The notes under the pieces are model-generated. The model saw only the letters and a program-made list of their open reading frames with translations. It had not been told where the DNA came from and did not search any database. Shown one piece after another: positions 56,443 to 64,000 of a stretch of DNA of 64,000 nucleotides (within the stretch, counting starts at the first letter, position 1; every line of letters begins with the position of its first letter). A program made the position numbers and the translations under genes. This DNA is from Vulcanimicrobiota bacterium (GTDB lineage: Bacteria; Vulcanimicrobiota; Xenobia; Xenobiales; JADMJV01), in NCBI GenBank assembly GCA_050250895.1, contig JBFWNU010000003.1, positions 459,302 to 523,301 of the forward strand, read 5' to 3'.

Positions 56443-58217
56443 CAGGAGCGCCTCTGCAGAGACAGCAAACAGACGAGCCCGGCCAGGCTGGCGATGCCCC
56501 AGAGAGCGGCCGTGCCATAGTGGCCCATGCAGAGGTAGCCGCCCGAAAAGATGCCGCCCCAGAGCAGGAAGGCTCCAGCTATCAGGCGGGGGATGACCCC
56601 GGTGGTCACCGACTCGAGTTGGCCGGCCTCGGTCTGGTGCTCGGGCTTCCACCATCCGCCCGGTTGCACCTTGGTGTAAAAGCGTTGCAAAGTCTCGGGA
56701 GACTCGGGCTGGGTGACCAGCGTGACCAGGGCCGTGATGGCCAGCGAGATGGGCACGATGAAGAGCAGCTTGAGGTGAAATTCGAAGGGAATGCCAAACA
56801 AGACGGGGGCTTTCTCGAACAATCCCACGTTCTCGAAACGATGCTGCCACCAGGCCAGCAATTCCAGGCCCAGGCTCAGGGTCAGCGAACTGAACATGGC
56901 CGTGATCTCGGACCAGGCCGAAAGTCGCCACCAGAACCAGCGCAGGCCTAAAATCAGGCCGGCCCCAGCGCCCATCGAGAGGAGAAACTCCCAGGCCTTG
57001 CTGATGACCTGCATCTGCGAGGCCAGCATGGCTCCCGCTACCATCAGCGCCAGGGTGGCCCCCTGGCTCACCCGCACATAGTGATGCTGGTCGGCGTTGG
57101 GCTTGATGAAGCGGGCGTATACGTCATGGACCAGATAGGATGCGCCCCAGTTGAGGTGGGTATCGATGGTGGACATGAAGGCGGCCAGGAAGCTCACCAC
57201 CAGGATTCCTTTGAGGCCCGGACCCAGATAGTCTCGAATCATCATGGGATAGGCGACCTTGTCGCCCATCTCGATACCCGACACGTCGGGAAAGGCCACC
57301 ATCGAGGCCAGGGCCACCAGAATCCACGGCCAGGCCCGGCCCACATAGAATAGGAAGTAGAACCAGAGCGTTCCCAGCGTGGCATGGCGCTCGTCCTTGG
57401 CCGCCGACATGCGCTGCACGATGTAGCCTCCGCCGTCGATGTCGAAGCGACACCACCAGACCATCAGCACGAAGATGACGACCTTCACGAAGGGAGAAAG
57501 CCAGAACTCGGTGGGAGTGGCATCGGGCGGGGGGAGGGGAGGGAAGATGGCGGTGTGGTTGGCGGGAATGTGGCTCAAAATCGCCTTGAGACCACCCAGT
57601 TTGGCCAGAGCCACCACGGCCAGAGTGTAGCTGCCCACGGTGGCGATGACGAACTGCACCAGGTCGGTCACCACCACGCCATAGAAGCCGCTGAGCAGGG
57701 CGTAGCTCAAGGCTACTGCAGCACAGCCCCACAGGGCTAACGTTTTGTCGACATCGAGCAGCACGGCCAGAATCGAGGTCATGGCGTTGAGCACCCAGCC
57801 CATGATGATCAGATTGTAGAGGGTGGCGAAATAGAGGGCTTTGAAACCACGCAGGAAAGCCGCCGGCCGCCCGCCATAACGCAGCTCGAGCAGTTCATTC
57901 TCGGTGAGCACCTCGGCTCGCCGCCACAGCCGCGAGAACAAGAAGACCGAAAGCAGCCCCTGGGGCACGGCGCTCCACCAGAACCAGTTCTGCCAGACAC
58001 CGTTGGTGCGCACGAATTCGGTCACCGCCAGCGGGGTGTCGGCGGCGAACGTGGTGGCCACCATCGAGGTGCCCACCAGCCACCACGGGAAGTTTCGACC
58101 GGACAGAAAGTATTCTTCGGTGCTCTCGCTGGCTTTGCCGGAGAAGTAGATCCCCACCCCGAGCGAGAAGGCCAGGTAGGCGATGATGATGATCCAGTCG
58201 ATGGCAGCCAGATGCAT
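56439..58217 (-). CDS. Sodium:solute symporter family protein
   Basis: EYFLSGR..PWW..GTSMVATTFAADTPL, TDLVQF and AAFMSTIDT. Confidence 0.95.
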   Translation of the reverse strand: MHLAAIDWIIIIAYLAFSLGVGIYFSGKASESTEEYFLSGRNFPWWLVGTSMVATTFAADTPLAVTEFVRTNGVWQNWFWWSAVPQGLLSVFLFSRLWRRAEVLTENELLELRYGGRPAAFLRGFKALYFATLYNLIIMGWVLNAMTSILAVLLDVDKTLALWGCAAVALSYALLSGFYGVVVTDLVQFVIATVGSYTLAVVALAKLGGLKAILSHIPANHTAIFPPLPPPDATPTEFWLSPFVKVVIFVLMVWWCRFDIDGGGYIVQRMSAAKDERHATLGTLWFYFLFYVGRAWPWILVALASMVAFPDVSGIEMGDKVAYPMMIRDYLGPGLKGILVVSFLAAFMSTIDTHLNWGASYLVHDVYARFIKPNADQHHYVRVSQGATLALMVAGAMLASQMQVISKAWEFLLSMGAGAGLILGLRWFWWRLSAWSEITAMFSSLTLSLGLELLAWWQHRFENVGLFEKAPVLFGIPFEFHLKLLFIVPISLAITALVTLVTQPESPETLQRFYTKVQPGGWWKPEHQTEAGQLESVTTGVIPRLIAGAFLLWGGIFSGGYLCMGHYGTAALWGIASLAGLVCLLSLQRRSW

Positions 58218-58919
58218 CCACTGAACCTAACAGTTGAGGATGGATCGGTCAATCCTGGCCGGGCTCTGGTCATTGGCGCCCATCCCGACGATTGTGATTT
58301 CGGTGCCGGCGCCACCACGGCGGCCTGGACACGCCTGGGCTGGAGCTTCGATTTCGTGTGTGTGACCGACGGCAGCCGCGGCACCCGCGATGGCCAGGCC
58401 CGCCGCGATCTTTTAGCCAATCAACGGCGCAGCGAGCAAGAAGCTTCGGCCAGACTGCTGGGGGCCGGGGTGGTCAAGTTTCTGGCTTTCGAAGACGGAG
58501 CCGTGACTTATGGCGAGCCTTTGCTCGAAGCCGTGGTGGCGGTCCTCCGCGAAATGGCTCCCGATATCGTCTTCACCCACACTCCGGACCCTCTCGACTT
58601 TCGCCCTTTCGACCGGCGTCAGGGGGCCTGGGTCAATCACCGCGATCACCGGGCCGTGGCTCAGGCGGTGCTCGACGCTGTCTATCCGTGTGCCCGAGAC
58701 CCTCTGTTTTATCCCCACCTGGAACTGCCGGTCCACCAGGTCAGGAGTGTTTATCTCTGGGGGGCCCGCGACGCCGATGTCAGAGTGGAGTGCGGGGAGT
58801 ATCTCGACCTGAAGGTCGAGGCTCTGGCCTGTCACCAGAGCCAGTTCGCCGAGCGGGATTGGGCGCCCATTCGGGCCGCCTGGCCTGCTTACGAAGCCTT
58901 TCAGAAGGTGTGTCTATGA
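58212..58919 (+). CDS. PIG-L/LmbE-family deacetylase (start uncertain)
   Basis: AHPDD, TDGSRG, RRSEQ, NHRDH and HQSQ. Confidence 0.88.
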   Translation: MHPLNLTVEDGSVNPGRALVIGAHPDDCDFGAGATTAAWTRLGWSFDFVCVTDGSRGTRDGQARRDLLANQRRSEQEASARLLGAGVVKFLAFEDGAVTYGEPLLEAVVAVLREMAPDIVFTHTPDPLDFRPFDRRQGAWVNHRDHRAVAQAVLDAVYPCARDPLFYPHLELPVHQVRSVYLWGARDADVRVECGEYLDLKVEALACHQSQFAERDWAPIRAAWPAYEAFQKVCL

Positions 58920-60046
58920 AGTACTGGCTCTGGCTTTTGCTGACCGCGATGGCGGTGGCCCAGCCCAACTATGATGAGGCTCTGGTGCCTGACTATCGCT
59001 TGCCCGAGCTGACCGGTCACAGCCGCGCGCAGCTGCTCGAGCTGTTCGCCGAGCACGTCTATGGCCACGTTCCGGCCGACCAGCCCCAACTCACCGCCCG
59101 CGAGTCGTCCGAGACCGTCTTCGGAGGCCGGGCCGTGCGCACCCTGGTCGAGCTGGATCTGGCCTATCAGGGGCGCCACCAGAGCCTGCATCTGCTCATC
59201 TATCGCCCCGCCCAGCGCCCCTCCTGCAAGGTCTTCGTGGCCATGAACTTCATGGGCAACCAGACGGTCTACCCCGACTCCGGCATCCCTTTGGCTCAGG
59301 GCTGGGTGGACAACAACGAAAGCCTCGGCATCACCCAGAATCGGGCCACGGACAGCTCGCGCGGAGGGCGCTCGGGTCGCTGGCCGGTCGAGGCCATTCT
59401 GGCGCGTGGCTATGGCTTGTGCACCCTGTATTACGGCGATGTCGACCCCGATTTCGACGACGGCTTCACTAACGGCGTCCACGGGCTGATGGGCAAGTCC
59501 GAGGATTGGGGCTCGATCGCTGCCTGGGCCTGGGGTTTGAGCCGGGTGGCCGACTATCTCGAGCAGCAAGATTGGGTCGACGGACTGGCCGTGATGGGCC
59601 ACTCGCGCCTGGGCAAAGCGGCCCTTTGGGCCGGCGCCAACGACCCGCGCTTTGGGCTGGTCATCTCCAACAATTCCGGCTGCGGCGGAGCGGCCCTTTC
59701 ACGACGCCGCTTCGGCGAGACCGTCAAGGCCATCAACGATCGCTTTCCTCACTGGTTCTGCCGGCGCTTTCGCGAGTATAACGAACGCGAGGACGCGCTG
59801 CCGGTGGACCAGCATCAACTGTTGGCCCTGATGGCTCCGCGGCTGCTTTATGTGGCCAGCGCCGAAAGTGACCTGTGGGCTGACCCTGAGGGCGAGCGGC
59901 TGGCTGTCGAGGCCGCCAGGCCAGCCTTTGCGGGCGGGGGGCAAGTCGGCTATCATCGTCGCCCCGGCAAGCATGACGTGACCCCCTACGACTGGGAGCG
60001 CTATCTCGACTTTGCCGACCGCTGGTGGAGGCCGCGGGCGCCCTGA
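58916..60046 (+). CDS. Exported CE15-like (glucuronoyl esterase-like) carbohydrate esterase
   Basis: NYDEALVPDY, AWAWG, GHSRLGK, SGCGG, LPVDQH and WADPEGE. Confidence 0.9.
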   Translation: MKYWLWLLLTAMAVAQPNYDEALVPDYRLPELTGHSRAQLLELFAEHVYGHVPADQPQLTARESSETVFGGRAVRTLVELDLAYQGRHQSLHLLIYRPAQRPSCKVFVAMNFMGNQTVYPDSGIPLAQGWVDNNESLGITQNRATDSSRGGRSGRWPVEAILARGYGLCTLYYGDVDPDFDDGFTNGVHGLMGKSEDWGSIAAWAWGLSRVADYLEQQDWVDGLAVMGHSRLGKAALWAGANDPRFGLVISNNSGCGGAALSRRRFGETVKAINDRFPHWFCRRFREYNEREDALPVDQHQLLALMAPRLLYVASAESDLWADPEGERLAVEAARPAFAGGGQVGYHRRPGKHDVTPYDWERYLDFADRWWRPRAP

Positions 60047-60080
60047 GGGCGTAGTTTGCCCGGGTAAGGAGGTGCTTTTG

Positions 60081-60752
60081 ATGAACAAGCACAGTCGGTG
60101 GACTGCCGTGCTGATGCTGGCCTTGTTACTGCTCACCATCCCAGCTGGCGCCGAAGAACTCTTCGTCCGCAATCGACCCTACAAAGGGGAGGTTCGCGGC
60201 GGAGGAACTTCGGCCCAGGTGCGAATCGACGAGCTGGCCGCAGCGCTCGAACTCGAGCTCGAGCATCAGAATGGCGTCTACTCATATCAGGGCACGACCC
60301 TGACCACCGAGACGATCGGCGAATTCGCCTACATCCGGCTTTCCGACCTCAAGCCGCTCGGAGTGAAGGTCGTGCCAAATCCCGACCTGGGAACCATCGA
60401 TGTCTACGTCGCCCAGGCCGACAAGCCCGCCCCAGCAGGCCAGGCCCAACCGGCCGCCGCGGATTGGGGCAGCGGAGCCGTGGTGGTCCATTTTGGGGCT
60501 CCCTGGTGAGGAGCATGCAGGAAGATGAAGCCTGCACTGGCTCAGTTTGAGTCAGACAATCTCGTGAAGGTCGTTGACCTGAACATGGACCAGCGCAACA
60601 CGCCCGATTTCAAGAAATACGGCAAGTATTTCCAGGGGCGCTCGATACCGTTCACGGTTTTCGTCGATGCCGACGGCAAAGCCGTGCACAAGATCACCGG
60701 GATGGCCAGCCACTCTGATCTGGTCAAGGCAGCCCAGAAATACCTGAAGTGA
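60081..60752 (+). CDS. Probable selenoprotein: exported N-terminal domain plus thioredoxin with WUGAC
   Basis: The two track ORFs join in frame through TGA 60507-60509: HFGAPW-U-GACRKMKP...RSIPFTVF. RBS AAGGAGGT. Confidence 0.88.
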
Positions 60753-60790
60753 GACCGCGACGGGAGGCGGTCTCGCCTCCCGTCCACTCG

Positions 60791-61411
60791 ATGCCCACTT
60801 ACTTAGCCTTTCACAAGCCCTACGGCATGATGTGCCGCTTTACCGACCCGCACGGCAGACCCACTCTCAAGGACGCCATTGCCGTGCCCGATGTCTATCC
60901 CTTAGGGCGCCTAGATCTCGACAGTGAAGGTCTGCTGCTGCTTTCTGACGACAATCTATTCCAGACCAGACTGTTGGCCCCGGGCAGCCATCACAAGACC
61001 TATTGGGTTCAGGTCGAGCACCTGGTGCCAGAGTCGGCGCTCGAGCAGTTGCGGACCGGCGTCATCATTCAGGGGCAGAGGACGCTGCCGGCGCAGGCTC
61101 GTCGTCTGGAAGAGCCCGAACTCGAGCCGCGGGCGATTCGCTTTCGAAAGGCGATTCCGACCTGCTGGATCGAGTTGACTCTGAGCGAGGGACGAAATCG
61201 TCAGGTTCGCCGGATGACGGCGGCGGTGGGGCATCCGACCCTTCGGCTGGTGCGGGTGAAGATTGGTCCGGTCGAGCTTGGTCAACTGGCTCCGGGGGAG
61301 TATCGCGAGTTGACCCCGGCGGAGTTGGAGTGGGTGAGACAGGTCCGCCAGGGACCACCCACTGGCCCTCGGGGTAAGGCGATTCGACGCCGTCGCCGCC
61401 CACGGAAGTGA
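60791..61411 (+). CDS. RsuA/RluE-family rRNA pseudouridine synthase
   Basis: FHKPYG, GRLDLDSEGLLL and EGRNRQVRRMTAAVGHPTLRLVR. Confidence 0.93.
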   Translation: MPTYLAFHKPYGMMCRFTDPHGRPTLKDAIAVPDVYPLGRLDLDSEGLLLLSDDNLFQTRLLAPGSHHKTYWVQVEHLVPESALEQLRTGVIIQGQRTLPAQARRLEEPELEPRAIRFRKAIPTCWIELTLSEGRNRQVRRMTAAVGHPTLRLVRVKIGPVELGQLAPGEYRELTPAELEWVRQVRQGPPTGPRGKAIRRRRRPRK

Positions 61412-63170
61412 GCATCACTCGATAGGAACGCCCGGTCTGTAGATCCTCGAACCGGGTCCGGCGCTCGAACACCCGGCGACCGAGTTGCCAGTTGACCCCC
61501 TCCGGAATGCAGTAGGCGCGGTACAGGCTCGCCCCCTCGACCGCCCCCCAGCGCAGCTCGACAAAGTCTTTACCCACCGTCATTTCGGGCTCGGGAGCCG
61601 GAGGCGGCGCGAGCCGGCGACAGCGCAGGCCCAGACCCCGGCTGGGTACTCCCGGCCCTGGACCGGCCAGCGGTACGATTTCGAAGAGGTAATCCCGTCC
61701 CGGCTCGAGGGGACCCGATTTCCAGCCGGTCTCGACGACTCCGGCCACCCTTTCCTGGTCTTGCCAAATTTCGTACCCGATGGCGCCGGCCGATGCCTTC
61801 CACTGCAGTTCGACCGTTCCGTCCCCGGTCTGACCGCTCACCTCCTGGGGGGCCAGGGGCAGGCCCGACTCGGCCAACTGAAGCGTCCGTTCGACCCAAT
61901 CCGAGGCCCCCAGCGAGCTGACCTGACGGGCCGCGAAACGATAGACCTCACCCGGCTCGAGACCGGTCACACGGGGTCCGGCGGCTTTCCAGGCGAAGGG
62001 AGGCAAAGTCTCTGCTTGAGGGCAGTAGCGCAGATCCAGGCTGCCATCGGCCAACCCCTCGAGGGCAACCGCGCCGGGCCCAACTTCGGCCACCTCGAAG
62101 CTGGGCGCGGGCAAACTGCCGGGGGTTGGGAGGGCCGGTGGGGGCGGCAGCCGATCCAGCCAGGGATGGGTAAGGTAGAGGCTGTGGGGCTGATCCTCGA
62201 GCAACTCTTGCAGGCTGCGCCGATAGATCGGAGCGTCGTTCTGGCCAGGGTCGAGGTAGTCGAGCACCAACAGGGTCATCCGCTGATCCGGCCGGATCGT
62301 CTCGCGCACCAGTCGCAGATTGTCCTGGAGCCACGGGTTGGGCTCGGCTCTGGCCTGATCCCAGTTCCACTGGGTGGCGAGGCTCTCGAACATCACTCCG
62401 TCCAGGCTGTTGCGCACCTGGGCGTCCTTGAGCAGATAGAAGCCGCGATTCGCCACCAGCACATGCTCGGGAAAGCTCCTGCGTAAGCTCAAGATCAGCT
62501 CGGCCAGCCCAGCAGCGGTGCCGGGATAGCTATCTTGAGAACCGGTATCAAGGGTGTCCAGAAAGAACCCGTCATAACCCTTCTCGACCAGCTGGCGGGC
62601 GCGGTCGAGCACCATCTGGCGCCACTTCTCGTCGGCGGCATCGACGTAGAAGCTTCCCCACACACCGTTCTCGTCGGGCAGACCATCGTGACCGGGTTGG
62701 GTCACGGGCTTGCCGTCGCAACCTCGCTCGGGGCCGAGCTTTCCAAACACGTAGGTGACCTCATCGAGAAACCGTTCGGGATAGCGGCCGGCGCCATCGG
62801 GCTCGGGCACGCCGCTCTCTTCACCCAGGGACAGATAGGCCAGCACCACCGTATCGTCGTCGTTGCCCGCGACGCCGTCTGGCCCCAGCCGCAGCCGGCG
62901 CAGACGGTCGCCGGCCAGGTTGTCGAAGCCCTGGCCGGGCTGCACGATGGCCAGGTCGAAGCGGCTGGCCTGGGCCACTTTGTCGTCATCCCAGCTTCCG
63001 TAATAGACGGTGTAGGTGCGGGGTGGCCAACGGCGGGGATGGCGGACGACCTCAGGTGCTTCGCGCGGCAGCAGGCTCCACAATCCGAACAGAACTACAC
63101 AGACGGCGAAGACGCGCTTGGAAAACCAACGGCTCCATTGGCCCGGGTCTTTCCACGGGCTCTGCTCCAT
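61065..63170 (-). CDS. GH114/PelA-like endo-alpha-1,4-polygalactosaminidase domain plus fibronectin type III domains
   Basis: VYYG, LAYLSLGE, GYDGFFLDT, ANRG and VMFES, followed by FN3-like repeats. The 3' end overlaps the opposite-strand gene. Confidence 0.8.
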   Translation of the reverse strand: MEQSPWKDPGQWSRWFSKRVFAVCVVLFGLWSLLPREAPEVVRHPRRWPPRTYTVYYGSWDDDKVAQASRFDLAIVQPGQGFDNLAGDRLRRLRLGPDGVAGNDDDTVVLAYLSLGEESGVPEPDGAGRYPERFLDEVTYVFGKLGPERGCDGKPVTQPGHDGLPDENGVWGSFYVDAADEKWRQMVLDRARQLVEKGYDGFFLDTLDTGSQDSYPGTAAGLAELILSLRRSFPEHVLVANRGFYLLKDAQVRNSLDGVMFESLATQWNWDQARAEPNPWLQDNLRLVRETIRPDQRMTLLVLDYLDPGQNDAPIYRRSLQELLEDQPHSLYLTHPWLDRLPPPPALPTPGSLPAPSFEVAEVGPGAVALEGLADGSLDLRYCPQAETLPPFAWKAAGPRVTGLEPGEVYRFAARQVSSLGASDWVERTLQLAESGLPLAPQEVSGQTGDGTVELQWKASAGAIGYEIWQDQERVAGVVETGWKSGPLEPGRDYLFEIVPLAGPGPGVPSRGLGLRCRRLAPPPAPEPEMTVGKDFVELRWGAVEGASLYRAYCIPEGVNWQLGRRVFERRTRFEDLQTGRSYRVMLTSVGGDGVESPYPEGQWVVPGGPVSPTPTPPGSTRDTPPEPVDQARPDQSSPAPAEGSDAPPPPSSGEPDDFVPRSESTRSSRSESPFESESPAARVRALPDDEPAPAASSAPE

Positions 63171-63176
63171 AACGAG

Positions 63177-63695
63177 CTAGGCGTGCAGGGCGGCTCTCGA
63201 GTCGAATTTGAAATCGCACATCAGGTCTTCAGCGATTTTCTCGAGTTCAGCGCGGAGCGCTTCCAGGTCGCAAGCCGGCGGCAGCCCCACCGTGATCGAG
63301 GCCGAGAACAGCATCTCGCCCGACATGGGGGCACTCTCGACCTCAGAGGAAAAGTCCTCGATATTGATCGAGTGGCGGGCCAGGGCAGCCGTAATCTGGT
63401 GTACGATACCGGGGCGATCCTGGCCCACCAGCTCCAGCGTCAGTTCTTGGGGCGAGCCGACCAGGCCGGGGCGATCGGGATGGAGGGTGACGGTCAGGCC
63501 GTCGATGTTGTTCATGGTCTGCAAGAGCTGGGTCTCGTCGGCGACTTCGACGCGGACGATACCGGCAAAATGCCCGCCCAGGTGGGTCATGCGGCTCTCG
63601 AGCCAGTTTCCTCCGGCCGCCTCGATGGTCTTCGAGAGGGTGTCCATCAAGCCGGGGCGATCCGGCCCCACCACGGTTGCAACGAAAGCTTTCAT
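63177..63695 (-). CDS. GcvR-like double ACT-domain protein
   Basis: GPDRPGL..GGNWLESRM and GQDRPGIV..INIE. Confidence 0.9.
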   Translation of the reverse strand: MKAFVATVVGPDRPGLMDTLSKTIEAAGGNWLESRMTHLGGHFAGIVRVEVADETQLLQTMNNIDGLTVTLHPDRPGLVGSPQELTLELVGQDRPGIVHQITAALARHSINIEDFSSEVESAPMSGEMLFSASITVGLPPACDLEALRAELEKIAEDLMCDFKFDSRAALHA

Positions 63696-63721
63696 TTTGA
63701 GGGGTTCTCAGTTTTTCGCGG

Positions 63722-64000
63722 CTAGTCCTTCAGAAAGAACGCCTGGCTGGCCGCCGATAAGGCCTGCTGCAGTTGTTTGTTAGAGCGGGCTTGCCAGTTG
63801 GCCCGGGCCTGAGCTTCCAGGGCCCGGCTGGCCGCCGGATGGCCCGGTTGCAGCTCGAGCACGGCTTTGAAGGCCTGACGGGCCAGTCCGCGCTGGTGGT
63901 TCTGGGTGGCGGCCGTGCCCAGCAACAGCTGGGCGTCGGCCCGGCGCGGCGCCAGTTCGGTGGCCCGCTGAGCCAGCTTCATGGCCTGATCAGGCTTGTA
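63722..64000 (-). CDS. 3' end of a TPR protein (partial)
   Basis: ELAPRRADAQLLLG...VLELQPGHPAA; open to the window edge. Confidence 0.65.
   Translation of the reverse strand, partial: YKPDQAMKLAQRATELAPRRADAQLLLGTAATQNHQRGLARQAFKAVLELQPGHPAASRALEAQARANWQARSNKQLQQALSAASQAFFLKD

Overview
This GC-rich bacterial window looks like a diderm Terrabacteria genome; the SLH-plus-beta-barrel protein suggests Eremiobacterota/Vulcanimicrobiota, but that is inference only. The left ~30 kb is a nitrite-to-N2 denitrification and NO-stress island. It encodes a NirK-cytochrome c fusion with NirV and SCO, an eNOR-type heme-copper NO reductase (Tyr-to-Gln active site, with an unannotated 49-aa subunit), a clade II nos operon with a NosD-NosF fusion, a hemerythrin, two NnrS-like genes and a DNR-type Crp/Fnr regulator. 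I found nine TTGAY-N4-RTCAA boxes with near-identical class II promoter geometry; four are centred exactly 41.5 nt before a start codon, implying leaderless mRNAs. One box heads an unexpected operon: SLH-porin, a di-heme cytochrome b/2x[4Fe-4S]/MvhD-like fusion, and a small exported protein. This is a candidate electron-supply module for eNOR or NosZ. The right half contains a possible RiPP-like operon (Gly-rich protein, arginase-fold TPR protein, GNAT), a broken MNT-HEPN fusion, an orphan Rhs toxin/immunity/HNH cassette between degenerate direct repeats, a heptamer tandem repeat, two thioredoxin-fold selenoprotein candidates split by in-frame UGA (UxxC), and ordinary genes. All calls come from motif reading; no database searches were run.
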